From: Octopus vulgaris
Taxonomy: Eukaryota
Direction: 5' to 3'
Length of the DNA: 64,000 nucleotides
Assembly (NCBI GenBank): GCA_951406725.2
Contig: OX597833.1
Coordinates: forward strand, 44,454,001 to 44,518,000
Both the position numbers and the translations under genes were made by a program. Shown here piece by piece: positions 26,861 through 39,919 of the stretch (within the stretch, counting starts at the first letter, position 1; each line of letters opens with the position of its first letter). The notes beneath the pieces are model-generated. The model worked only from the letters and a program-made list of their open reading frames with translations. It ran no database searches and had not been told where the DNA came from.

Positions 26861-27487
26861 GATGTACCTTAATAACTAAAACAGCCTCCACTATGATCAA
26901 GAGCTGTTATGATTTGCTTCATTATACTAAGTTTCAAGACATGTTTTGCAAATTTATGGGGAGCCCAAGTTTTGACCTGGTCTCAAAGTGCCACTTTCAA
27001 GTAAGAAAGACACACCGTCTAGACAAAGTTATTGATGTTGCACCAATGAGTCTGCAGAATGAAGTATCCACTGACATAGAAGATATCGGGGTCATTACGG
27101 AACGTCCTTATCTTTGAGGATATATCCACAACTAGGTCACTGTGGTTCAGTTTACACCCAAAAAGAATAGGAAGGATTATAAAGCAAAACTCAGCTTTAA
27201 TATATTATTCAAAATTAACATCACAATCCAGCCAAAATTCCTGCAAATAGTAGTGCAAAGTTAATTTTTGGTATTAACTTTGTATAGAGAACTACATATC
27301 AAATCCTAATGAAAATTGTCGAAGGCTAATTAGTTCATTGATATATTCATCAATTAATTGATTAACAATGCGTGCAAACCAAATACATTGTGATGAATAG
27401 CTTAAAAAGCTATTCAAATCTCTCAGAACCTTCAAGTTATGTAACAACATCGACTTCATTTTTGCGTCTGGTAAATATATATATATA

Positions 27488-27897
27488 GGCGCAGGAGTGG
27501 CTGTGTGGTAAGTAGCTTGTCTGACAACCACATGGTTCCGGTTTCAGTCCCACTGCGTGGCACCTTGGGCAAGTGTCTTCTACTATAGCCTCGGGCCGAC
27601 CAAAGCCTTGTGAGAGGATTTGGTAGACGGAAACTGAAAGATGCCCGTCGTATATATGTATATATATATGTATGCGTGTGTGTGTTTGTGTGTCTGTGTT
27701 TGTCCCCTAGCATTGCTTGACAACCGATGCTGGTGTGTTTATGTCCCCGTTACTTAGCGGTTCGGCAAAAGAAGACCGATAGAATAAGTACTGGGCTTAC
27801 AAAAGAATAAGTACCGGGGTCGAGTTGCTCGACTAAAGGCGGTGCTCCAACATGGCCGCAGTCAAATGACTGAAACAAGTAAAGGAGTAAAAGAGTA
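27488..27897 (+). mobile_element. Full-length tRNA-derived SINE (duplicate of 5865-6273)
   Basis: Same head, CORE-like segment and tail. Confidence 0.9.
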
Positions 27898-28074
27898 ATA
27901 TTACATGGAAAATGCGAGCAAGAGAAACAATATTCTTAAGATTAGAAACCTGCAAAATTACAGGAAGCGTTATTATACTTGCAAAAGTTCATGAAAACTT
28001 ATTACATCTGGTAAAATACAGATGTAGAAAACTTTTACTTAAAATATTGCAGATAAGGATAAAATTTCAGATTA

Positions 28075-28165
28075 AATAAGTCCTGGGGTCGATTTGCTCG
28101 ACTAAAGGCGGTGCTCCAGCATGGCCGCAGTCAAAATGACTGAAACAAGTAAAAGAATAAAAGAA
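28075..28165 (+). mobile_element. 5'-truncated SINE 3' end, present only in unit B
   Basis: aataagtcctggggtcgatttgctcgactaaaggcggtgctcc...aagtaaaagaat; not found at the unit A site near 6455. Confidence 0.8.
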
Positions 28166-28779
28166 AAGAATTAAAAAATTAAGAAAATATTAGCTTTTAT
28201 AAAAAGTAAAAGTTTTATTACAAGTTATTACTTCTATTGGTTATTACAAATTATTACTTCTATTTGTTATTACTTGTTACTTCTATTAAATATTAAAAAT
28301 AGCTCAGTTAAAATATATTTCGCACTTTAAGAAAATTCCTCATTTTAATTATTAATTTATAATAGGAATTTTTCAAATGGACTATAACAAATTATAGTAG
28401 TACAAAATTAGTACCATAAACTGAATGATACAATAATAAATATTGTATATTCAGCAAAATTTAGCCATAACAAATACACAATAAAATTTGCTTGCGTGAG
28501 CCAATACATCTTTTTTACATAACGAATTTGCCTACCATAAATATCATTTCATTTTGCATAAAACTTTAGCTATATTGATACTTTTTGTTTCTCACTTTTT
28601 AAAGTATTCTCGCTTGATCAAAACTCAATTTCTTTCTGCCAAAATATACCGCGGGACAAGTCCTCTACGAAAATGTTAACTATTTCAATTTGGTTAAGAA
28701 CTGAATTAGTGACAATCTCTGAAATGTACTACGTGTGAATATATTGCGGCCTTAAGAATATTATTCAATTACTACAGTA

Positions 28780-28854
<75 letters not shown>

Positions 28855-28944
28855 CATTCATATTATATTTTACTATAAAATTGGATTCAATCCTAAATCT
28901 GATTTTTCCCTGTAAATTTGGATTTATTCCCTAATATTTATTAT

Positions 28945-29004
<60 letters not shown>

Positions 29005-31353
29005 TAGTAGATTCATACATACATACTTAAGACTGAAAAGCAACAAGTAGTAATAGCTGAACAAAGAACTCGGTACACTATATAGAGGAAATATATTTAT
29101 TTATTACCAGTAAAGTTGACTGTGAAGTTGACTTCGAAATTTTGGATCAGATGTTAAGTAAACACCATTCTGTAAAATGGAAGAATTGCCATCATATAGA
29201 GAAACAATGGTTAGGTTATGAAGAAGGTAACATGTATACATATTTACAATCATGCGCTGTGTCAGTGCGTGCGCATTTATATGTGTGTGTTTATGAATAT
29301 AAATAGATAAATAGACAGGTAGATAGATATACATACATACGTACATACATACATACATACATACATACATACATACATACATACATACATACATACATCC
29401 TTTTCGGGCATGTTCGTTTGTTGGCTGCACCATATAACTCGTAACAATAAAATTCATACCAAACATTCAACTTCATCTCATCTCAAGTGTACCTTCCGAA
29501 AAGATTTCCTAACTTCCATTTACAGTCATGATCTCCAATGACCCTGTAAATGTGAAATTCGACGTCTCACACAGCTCATTGTCCAGTTAATACAATGTGG
29601 TAAGTGCTTGGCAACATTCAATATACAAAACCCCTAAATTTCTATGAACCTTTCTCCCAAGAGTAAAGAACGGGGAAGGAGAACAAGTGTACGAAAATAA
29701 GCTTCAGAACTGACACCCACATCTATCTGACTTGTTTATTTGGAAGTCTTTGTTCAGTATTTTGATGTCTTCCCATCATCACACCATCTCACGTCTTCAA
29801 TTGAAATGGATGTTTTGAGTAGATGCATCTCTTGAACACTGAACCCTGTTCCTTCGACAAGAAACAAAGTGAATTGTTGTCACTCTGCTCAGAAGGTTCT
29901 TATGACGAGATCAGCCGTCATTCAGCTACACCAATGCCAATCAGTTATCACCAGTACTTAATCCTTTCTGAGTGAGAAGGGTAACGATGCTTGAAAATTA
30001 TTCTCAATTTTAATTAACATAGACATATGGACTGAACCAGAATACCTAAAATTATAAACGATATCCATTCGTCTTGTCATTAATAACAGACATTCATGCA
30101 ACCATCTCGATCGCTTTTGGTAATGCACCGTTTATCATGAGTTCCAGTGGTCGAAACGATAGAGAGTGAAATCGCCAGTCTTTATGCAGACACGATTCTT
30201 CCTTCTCTGTCATAGTTAGGGCGTTATACCTTTCAATACTTATAACAGCTCGTTACGATCCTCATGAGAGACAATATGTAAAAGAAAAAACAAAAATGCA
30301 AATTTAATGGAGCAAACTCTTGATTCAACGCACGACCAATAGATTATAGCTTATTTTGATAACCAACAGAAGTCACTGTGCATTATAGCAACGATCCACG
30401 TTCAAAATCTGACATCTCCAGTCTGTTGCTTTTTGGAAACACGTTCCGCTTAAAAACCGCTACCATTGTCTGGAACCATTTGACTTACTCGTTGCAGTCC
30501 GTCACAGACATAAATGGGGCCTTTATACATGGTTAGTCTCTGCAAATCTTTGTCCATGTATTTCAGGGATCGAGAAAATGATGAATGATTATTCTCACGA
30601 CGAGCACGCCGTAGGCGATGTCTTTTCTCTTCACCTCCTCTGTCGAAACTACACTTCTAATATTCTGTAAATATTTCTTTTTGATGAAACCCAACATCTG
30701 TTATTAAATTTACCCATCAATTCCTGCGTAACTGGTTGGCTAATTCGATCTGCACAACTTCTCCATTTTGTGTGAGATATGTTCCGTCTTCAGTATCCTG
30801 AAGCTGTTTATTAATCTCGTCTATGTTGATTGTATGGATAACCAATTTGAGTTCACTGTAACCAGCTGCCCAAAACTGTGGACAACATACACAATGCCTA
30901 TCGGTTATTTTGTAAACAATTTATCTACAACCCAAATATCCTACTGTTATTTCCTCGACGTTCGTAACAACTGTGATTCAGAGTGCACTAAGTATCATTC
31001 CTAATAATATTATTAATATTACATAAGGGTTTAAGTGTGTTTTGATGAAAAAAGTATATACATACATGGAAATACGCATGCATACATATATTCACAATCA
31101 CGCGTGTGTGTAAACGTACACAAAATATGCATGCCGCCATACATATACAAATATGAATGCAAGCCTGTTTCTAAAAGAATATTTGCCCAGATGTTTGCAC
31201 CATCCCCCATCAAGGAAACGTATCTATTTCACGTATGCTAATGCACAGAAACCACATACATATAACCACATAAACAAAGCTTTTTTGCAAAGACCCACAC
31301 GTATAAAAACACGAAAACATCTTCGTACGCAAGAAGGTACAGACACACACACA

Positions 31354-31443
<90 letters not shown>

Positions 31444-31749
31444 TCTATGAAAAGTATGAATACATACAATAGCATAGAGACGCCGTAAGCATATTTAAAC
31501 GAGAATACCTCTATGTGGCATTTTAACTAACAAGAAATAGTAGCCACGTCACATACATATCACAAGAACTGTTTTAAAAGAAATTTGGATACATTGGATA
31601 TTATAGTTCCTGAAAGGTACAGATGTGTGATCACACCCGGAATACCGTCGACTCTTAGATAACGGTTGAGCTGAGGCTAAATAACCGTTGTTACAAGAAA
31701 AGGGTAATCACCAATCAGGGTAAGAAATAGAAAATTGATTTACCTTTTC

Positions 31750-32048
31750 TTACGAACTGATTCGTCTGGTAATTGAACCAAAATTTGTTTTACATGTGAT
31801 ATTTGTGTCAGATACGTCTTTCATTGGTGTATGGAAATTATACTCAGATGACACCAGAGAATAACAGCTCGACGTAACTGGTATTTTCACGCTTTTGGTG
31901 GCATGATTTGATTTTCCATGTTTTGTTACAATCCACACAAAGGATACATGTGATTCAAATGGTTTGACAACATTTGCTACACATCTAAAGGTTCTTACTT
32001 GTCCGCCAGACTCCTTAACTTTTTCCAGACTCTTTAAGTTGGATTTTG
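31750..32048 (-). CDS. Two-Ig-like-domain gene, paralog B, exon 3
   Basis: Acceptor ttttctttgcag|CA. Reads AKSNLKSLEKVKESGGQVRTFRCVANVVKPFESHVSFVWIV...TNITCKTNFGSITRRISS*. Confidence 0.8.
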
Positions 32049-32339
32049 CTGCAAAGAAAACGATCTAATACATCAAAATGTTAGAACAATATGCTTTGAC
32101 TATTGGGTTGTTTCACTAATATAAACTACAATTTTCATACTAAACTAAAATGGTTAACACCAGACGAATTGTTCTTGATGCTGGACTTCTGTGAACTACT
32201 GTTTCTAATTTGCATACACATACACACACGCGCACAGTGACGCACACGCGCTGGTTTAAATGTATTTTGTGTTCTCATTTTTCGCCTCTTATCAAATATA
32301 TCATTTTACCTTCTCGTTTTTTTTACTACTCCGTCTTCC

Positions 32340-33180
32340 CAATGTCTCTGCATTTTTATATATTTTGAAAAACACATTGGCACCGATATTAAAATACTTT
32401 CTCGTATTTTTAGTGTTTTCCCTATTTGTTTTTCTTACTGGTAACAATATTTCCAACTGATAACAGTATTTTTAACAGTATTTGCTAACTATTTGTTTTT
32501 CTTACTGGTAACAGCTAGTAAAAAAATTGGTTTTATCTTTCAAGCAAATATTAGTTCTGCAAACGACTTGCCTGGACAAGTGTTTGGGTTTGGTGTTATC
32601 CTATAAACATTCAACAGTTCTGTCATTGCTGCGTTATCGATTAGCTCGTTTCTTGATTTTTTTAAATACTCCTTTAAACGCATCCACGAACAGTTCCGTG
32701 ATATGACGGAGTACAGATGTGTTCAATTTCATTTTTAGTAAAAATCTCGTACGTCGTAAGCTGCGTACCGTTTTCTGATACTATGGTGAGTTGATGAAGA
32801 TATTCTAGTGTTACCGTAAAAGTTGGTTTCCTACATCTACATATTTCCAGCCACTTAGTATAACTATCTACTACAATCAGAGAATATGCGCCATTTATTG
32901 ATCCAGCAAAATCTATACACAGCCTGATCTATAGACTGTCGGTTTTAAACTACGGTTGGAATTTTACCGGTGGTGACATGGCTGCAAGTGTACAACCTCT
33001 GCAGGATTTCACCGACTCTTTAATATCACTGTCCATTGTAGGCCAATATACGAATTTTCTCATTTGTGGTTTCATTCTCGAGACTCCTGGGTGCCCCATA
33101 GGAAATTCCTTTATTAAAAGCTTTTGTAGTGCAGATGGCACTACGACTTTCTTCGCATGCATCAAGCCTTTCTCAAACTT
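32340..33180 (-). mobile_element. Gypsy integrase fragment in intron 2 of gene B
   Basis: VVVPSALQK...GHPGVSRMK...VYWPTMDSDIKESVKSCRGC (integrase zinc-binding region); absent from gene A. Confidence 0.85.
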
Positions 33181-34306
33181 GGATGCTTCAATTGCTTGGA
33201 AATTAAATAAATTAGGCAATTTAGACTTACATCTGAAAAAGATCTCTACATCTCACAAAACAGCACATTGGAATCTGTTAGTTCACAGACTCCAAGATAT
33301 CAATGTTAATCGACCACATATTTTCCAAAGCTAGCAGGAAATGAATTGCTTTTTCATTTTTTACCAAAATGCTACACACCGTACAAAAAATACACAGGGA
33401 CGCTTAAGAAAACTTAGTAGTAATGGATGATAGCAAACTTCTGATGGCAATTCAAGATACAATATATTATAATTAAGAATAAAACCCTTTTTGCCAGAAT
33501 AAATTACTAATCTTAGTCACTGCTACATAAAACAGAAAAGAGAGACAACCCAATATTAAATAGAGACTGTAGTAAAGCAGAAGTATGGTCTTCGGTGTTA
33601 CTGAAAAATCGCCAAAACTATTTCGGTCTTATTAGACGTGATTTGCGAATCTTCGGCTAAATCTAACAGATAATCATGGAATGACGAGCAGATATATAGC
33701 TGGATGAAAAGTTAACACTTAAATGATTGCTATACCCCAGGAATTATTATCTATAAAGTTACACATTTATTGATTAGAACAATCTTTTTGTAGATTACTG
33801 AGTCTGGTTTGAAACAGGTTGATGGATCTTAGAAATTTAGTTAATTATAATTCATCAAAACTGAAAAGTAAAAGGAGAGAATCTAATAATATTTAGGAGC
33901 TGTATGGTGACTTATTCCTACATCTTATCCTTAAAACCTAATCTAAGCGTGACTGGAAAATTATAATTGTTTTAACCGAATTTAGTCATTTACATAATGA
34001 ATTGATTTTAACATACAGTTGTTTAATAGTGAATAATTGAGATTGTTGTCCTTATACATCATTAATACTAACTTCTACTTCATTCTACAGAGAATAGAAA
34101 AACTAGGTATATCACATCATACACAGAGTATTTTCATTGCAATATAAAATACAAAAGCAACGGATTTTGGCAGGTGCAAAATATTGCATGTGTCAAAATC
34201 TGATGGTCTGCGTTCCACAGTGCATTAGAAATACACAAAAGAAATAAATCTACTTAAAATGAATATTTCTGGGGCTGAATAAGTGCAAAAGCCGGGTAAC
34301 ACCAAC

Positions 34307-34621
34307 CTTTAATGATCTTCTGTTTTGAAACTGCGTTAAATGTTTTACATGAGTAAGCTGCTACATCATTGCAAGTGGGGTTATGTTTCCAACAGGTAAC
34401 AAAACCTATATTATTAACAGGTAAATCACAGTCGAAACCTTTGCTCATAAATATTTTCTGGTATGATCTAGATTTCCTGTGATATTGTATATTTAAGACT
34501 GTAGTTCCGTTTTGTTGGAGTCTGAAGTCAAGAATATTCTTTAACACATGCATGCATGTTATATTAAATGTCTTTCCAAATTCAATACCCTCAGCTGGTG
34601 TTGTTTCTACAATGTTAACAG
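34307..34621 (-). CDS. Two-Ig-like-domain gene, paralog B, exon 2
   Basis: Acceptor cttttacttatag|CT and donor AAAG|gttggt. 315 nt, phase 1-1, open frame: VNIVETTPAEGIEFGK...ITC...DVAAYSC. Confidence 0.85.
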
Positions 34622-36199
34622 CTATAAGTAAAAGCAAGGGTAACAAGTAAATGAGAGAAATATACAATTGCAGTTATATAACAATGGTGCAGAATGAGAT
34701 AACAATATGGAGAGCCATGGACATTGAAGAAAATGAATGAATTAATTCATGAATGAATGAATGATAGTAGCCTCTCGTAGGCCGATAAAGAAGGTTTTGC
34801 AATTTCTTGCTAAATACTCTGCAAAGTAATTTGTTTAAAGTAATCAGAAGTATGTGTCGTACATTAGCTAACTCCATTCATTAAATCTACGTGCTAGAAA
34901 ATAATAGGCTAATTTGGAAAAGAATGACACAATGAAGACAGAATTGGAATGAAGACAGAATTGGAAGCGCATTCTGTCCAGCGGTGTGTAACAGCATCTG
35001 ATACATAGCCGATACTGTACATATATACAATTTCCATTCTCTGACCTCTGCCTCTTCTTTTTCTTGTATTCACGCCCTTGTCTCTTACCGTTGATAATCT
35101 TTTAGTTCCTTGTCACTTTATCTTTCATTCTAGAATTTTCTGGACATTTCATTCGCTTTCTCTTTGCTCTTTGATTTCTCATTGCCACTTTTCCCAGGCC
35201 TTCACTGTCCTCCATAATTTTAAATCGCTTCGATTTATTTGGATTATCTTAGACGGAGTCGCGAAAATGTCCGTATTCCAAACCGACAAAGTGACTAATG
35301 CATTACTTTAGAAATAGCGGCCAACTTACACCGAAATAACATCTCCTTCTTGAGGCACGCATTTCCAAGAATGGCAATCACTATTCCAGTCACTTTCAGG
35401 ATGGATGTGCATGGTGAGGCTGGGATAGTGTTCCGGCAGTTTCTAAAAGAAACCTATCTACGGTTGTTTCTGTTAGAAATACACAATTTCATTGAGAATT
35501 TCTACACAGTTGTATTTTCTATGGCAGCTACGAGAAAATAGAAGCAATGTTTGGAGGACGTTCAATGATCGAAATTCTAAACAATATCGTAACAGTGATA
35601 TGAAAAGTACCTTGTTTTTTTTGTTTTAATAGTTTTGTTTCCGACACATGACGCAAGGAAAATTACAAATAGACATTTTTGGATAAATTAATAGTGAAAA
35701 GGTTACAAAACGATTAATGCAAAAAGAAAGAATGTAGGAATGAAAGGAAACAAATTAACATTTATAATGGTATTTTGAAAAACTCTGTAAACACTAAACT
35801 TAACTCTAAAACCTAATCCTGAACCTTATCCCTAAACCTAGCCAGAGCACTAAGCCTTAAATCCAAATCATGATTATAAATCCTAAATACTAGCATCTAA
35901 CCCTACAGCCTAAAACTTGCGATAAAGCTAAAATTTTTCTTATCTGAAAACAACCGACATTTACTCAGCTTGCCAAACTTAGTCGGTTGGATGAATTCTG
36001 GATCTGAAGACGATTTCATAAGACGGCATACATCAACTTTGTATAATAGAGTGGCAGAATATTTTGTGCATTACAACACACGGCCTTCTCTACACGGCGA
36101 TCTGGCCAGTTCCAAAACCATCCTCGATTACTCATTGTTTTTTCAAATCAGAGATTGTCACTTTGGACAACATACATTTAGTTAAGTTCATAGGCTATC

Positions 36200-37443
36200 T
36201 GTCAAATCTTTTCATTAATTCTGAAATATCTGAAATCTTTTCGTTAATTTCAACCCATTTTTTTATAACTGAACTGTCACGTTCCAGGTAAACTGAGGTC
36301 TGATTGTTCAAAGAATGTTCAAGAACTAACTGGTAGCGGATTCTCTTGAAGATGGACAAAACTGGCATCACCTTTTTATCAAGTACTTGCAGAAAGAGTG
36401 TTTCAACCCCAAGAACATTCCTGCTGACATGGTTGCTACATAATTGGTGACGCTCCAGATTTATCAACAATGCAAAAGTGGGCAGTTGAATTTAGGAGAG
36501 GAAGGGAGCATCTTGAAGATGTACCAAAATCTGAACGTTCTGCAACCGCCTCAACCAAAGAAAACGTTGATAATATTCACCACATGATGATGCATGATAG
36601 ACTATAAATCAAATAGGCAATGCTAACAACATATTCCATGAGAGAGTCGAGTATATTCTGCGGAATGAAATTTATACAACGAACGTTTCTGTTCGATGGA
36701 TGCCACGTCTTCTAATACCTGATCAAAAGAGACCCAGACCAATCATGAGACGGGAAAATCTCACATTGTTTCAAGAAGATCGAGCTTATTTCGTTGAATG
36801 CTTCCTAACCCAGGATGAGCATTGGCTACATTAATATGAGTCTGAGACAAAGAGACAATCCCTGCAGCGGAAACACCTCTCCTCGCCTTCTCCAAAGATG
36901 GCCAAGGTCGTTTAATCTGCAGAGAATATGATAGCGTTACATTTTTGAGATACAAATGACATTGTGTTTCTTGATCTATCTTCAAAATGGCACAGCATAA
37001 ATGGAGAGTTTTATCTTAAAATGCTGAGGGAGTTAAGAAATGTTATCAAGACCAAAGACCTATGAAAACTGGCGAAAGGGGATTTTTTTATCAGGACCAT
37101 CCTCCAGTTCAGAAATCCTTTCTTTCAATGGCTATTTTGAGTGACTGTGGCTTTCAACTGGTTGATCCTTCCCACTCACTATTCTTCTGGTTTGACCCCA
37201 GCAGTCTATCCATTGCTTCCATAGCATGAAGATTGACTAGGCTGAGTACCAGTATCGCAGTCTGGACGACCTCATATCTGCTGTTGGGTGAAATCTTCTT
37301 CACAAATGGAATCCAAGCACTGCAACACCGATGGAGGCAGTGTATGGACTGCAAGAAGGAATACGTTGAGAAATAAACTTCATTTGGTTATTTTCAATGA
37401 GAGTATCTTGATCAGCCTATGAATTTTCAGCCGTCCATCTTCT
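36200..37443 (+). mobile_element. Old Mariner remnant in intron 1 of gene B
   Basis: Decayed Mariner transposase segments (VSVRWMPRLL and others); homologous to 13990-14723. Confidence 0.7.
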
Positions 37444-37687
37444 AGGTACCTCTAATTTATTGTAAATAAGCACGCGTTATGAGACATTTGCTGACGAGTA
37501 ATGACAGGAAAGTATGTGTTCTACTTCTATATGCATGTATGTGTAGGTGCCTCTGTGTGTGTTTGCGCGTGCGTGTCTAAGCACTTGTCTGGGTGGCACA
37601 GAAATACAGAAAGCATGGCAAATAACGAAGTGAGAAAGATTGTGTGTTGGAGCCGAAAAGAAAATATTTTCTTTAATTTTAACTTAC

Positions 37688-37781
37688 ACTCCCTGTTTTT
37701 CATTAACAGCGCAATTATAGCTGACAACAACGTTGAAATTACAACGCGGCTCCCAGTAACTGAAATATGACGAAAAGACAT
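37688..37781 (-). CDS. Two-Ig-like-domain gene, paralog B, exon 1 (hydrophobic leader)
   Basis: MSFRHISVTGSRVVISTLLSAIIALLMKNRE then T|gtaagt. Joined CDS is 94+315+299 = 708 nt (235 aa). Confidence 0.7.
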
Positions 37782-38093
37782 GTATGATTCAGGTAAAAAT
37801 TATGGTTAAAACAGCAAAAGAATAAGAAAACTTGAGAGAAAGTTGGAAAATATATAAGCGTGAATAATAAAGTGTGATGATTTGGTATCAAGGGGCATAA
37901 CTCTTAACTGAACCCATCATCCTTTTCACAACAACTACAAACCGGATGTGTCTGTTCTCCTCCAACAATAGAAAGCAGTCACCATATTTCATTTCATATC
38001 AGCTACCTGTGATGTGTGCAGGGGTGCATAATCGGATTATTGCCTGACACTCTGGAAAGCCTAGAAGGATTCTGATTGGTAAATCGGCTGTAA

Positions 38094-38455
38094 TCTCTCT
38101 ATATATAAACGGCAGTTTGTCTGTGTGTGTTTCTGTGTGTCTGTTAGGTTGTACCCTCACCCTGACCACGGCTTTCAACCGATTCTGATGAAACTTGACA
38201 CACACATAGCCCAATGTCATAATTCAAAACTAACGCAGCGAAAATTTTGGAAAGTGCCCCCAGTACTGAAAAAAATCGATAAATTCGACATGGGGTCGAG
38301 AATCAGAAACACAAACTGTCTAGGGGACGCAACTCGACCTTTTTAACTAAAAAAATTTACCATCACTTTTTTCCCATTTTTTGGCTATAACTCTCTAAAA
38401 ATGCTTTATAGTTATTTCCCTTACAAACCCGAGCAACGCCGGGCGATACTGCTAG
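38094..38455 (+). mobile_element. Short non-autonomous Helitron
   Basis: 5' TC(tctctatatataaa); 3' hairpin cccgagcaacgccggg followed by CTAG; inserted between A and T with no TSD. Confidence 0.9.
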
Positions 38456-38489
38456 TGGATGTATAAAATTGTACATTTCGGATAATGTG

Positions 38490-38835
38490 AGTGTGTGTGT
38501 CTATGTATGTATGTATGTATGTATGTATGTATGTATGTATGTAGGTAGGTAGGTAGGTAGGTAGGTAGGTTGGTAGGTAGGTAGGTAGGTAGGTAGATAG
38601 GTAGGTAGGTAGGTAGGTAGGTAGGTATGCATGTATGTATGTATGTATGCATGTATGTATGCATGTATGTATGTATGTATGTATGTGAATGTATGTATGT
38701 GTGTATATATGTATATATATGTGTGTGTGTATGCATGCATGTATGTATGTATGCATGTATGTATGTATGTAGGTATGTATGTATGTATGTATGTATGTAT
38801 GTATTATGTATGTGAATGTATGTATGTGTGTACAT
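38490..38835. repeat. Compound (ATGT)n/(AGGT)n microsatellite
   Basis: Read directly. Confidence 0.95.
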
Positions 38836-38840
38836 ATGTA

Positions 38841-39320
38841 TCGGCGACTAAACCGGCAACCCTACCAAGCTTGCTTGGTGAGGAGGGTGTTTATTGGACA
38901 TCCTGCGGGATGAAAAACAAAATTCGTCAAAGGGCGGGGGAACTCTTGAGAGTCAACGGCCATCCAATAAATGTCTAAAGGCTGTATCATGCGCGGGGAC
39001 ATAGAAATAATCGGACTGAATACCCGATCGTGCAGTTAAACCATTGGGAATGAAGGACTTCTAGCCTTTGTTAGGGCATCCTTCTAGGAGAAGGTAACTC
39101 AGGTAACTGGGATAACTCCGACATAAAACCTGCGGCTCAGTGGCTACCGATGATGTTGACTTGTTCTTCTTTTCGGATTATGGCTGCTTAGTGAGTGGGA
39201 TTGACTCAGTGCACAGCCTTTCCTCACTTTAAAAAAATCTCTTGCACAGGCATTGCACGATAACAACATTGATTAAGCTTCGTGCAATGGCCATACTCGA
39301 TAACGAGGGGGCAGCCACCA
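38841..39320 (+). mobile_element. RTE-clade LINE 5'-UTR-derived element with a structured leader
   Basis: tctagcctttgttagggcatccttctaggagaaggtaactc resembles RTE 5' leaders; several hairpins; flanked by ATGT microsatellites. Confidence 0.55.
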
Positions 39321-39919
39321 TGTATGTATGTATGTATGTATATATGTATGTTTGTTTGTTTGTATGTATGTATGTATGTATGTATGTATGTATGTATGTA
39401 TGTATATATGTATGTTTGTTTGTATGTATGTATGTATGTATGTATGTATATATGTATGTATGTATGTATGCAAATTAAGACTATGATAAAGACAATAACC
39501 ACTAGTTTTACAATACAGTACATAGTGATTAATTGTTTCTCATCCACGTTAATCACTTTCAGCGAGTAAGACTGAATCATTTGTAAGTAATGTTTCTTGT
39601 CTACAGATAGATAGACGCTATTGATCCATATTGAATTAGTCATTCGTTTTGTTATGCACCATTTCTCAAATTCATGAGAGTCAAAATAAAGAGAGATCGC
39701 TACATAACTCTGAAAATGACAAAGTAATCAATAAGGAAATTTAATAATAATAAAAACCGTTTCTCAATTGACATTTATTAGTGATTCCTGTAGTGTGTTC
39801 AAATGATTAATACCTATATGTAATGAATGTTATCACATAGACTCACCTTAAAGTTAACAAAGTGTCAGCTGTTGCAGCAAGCAAAATGAATATGCAATAA
39901 AAATGTCTGATGTTTTATT

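Noticed and set aside
37491-37512. CTGACGA...GAAA as a hammerhead
   Set aside because: No pairing stems I or III, and the paralogous sequence at about 14773 lacks the core.
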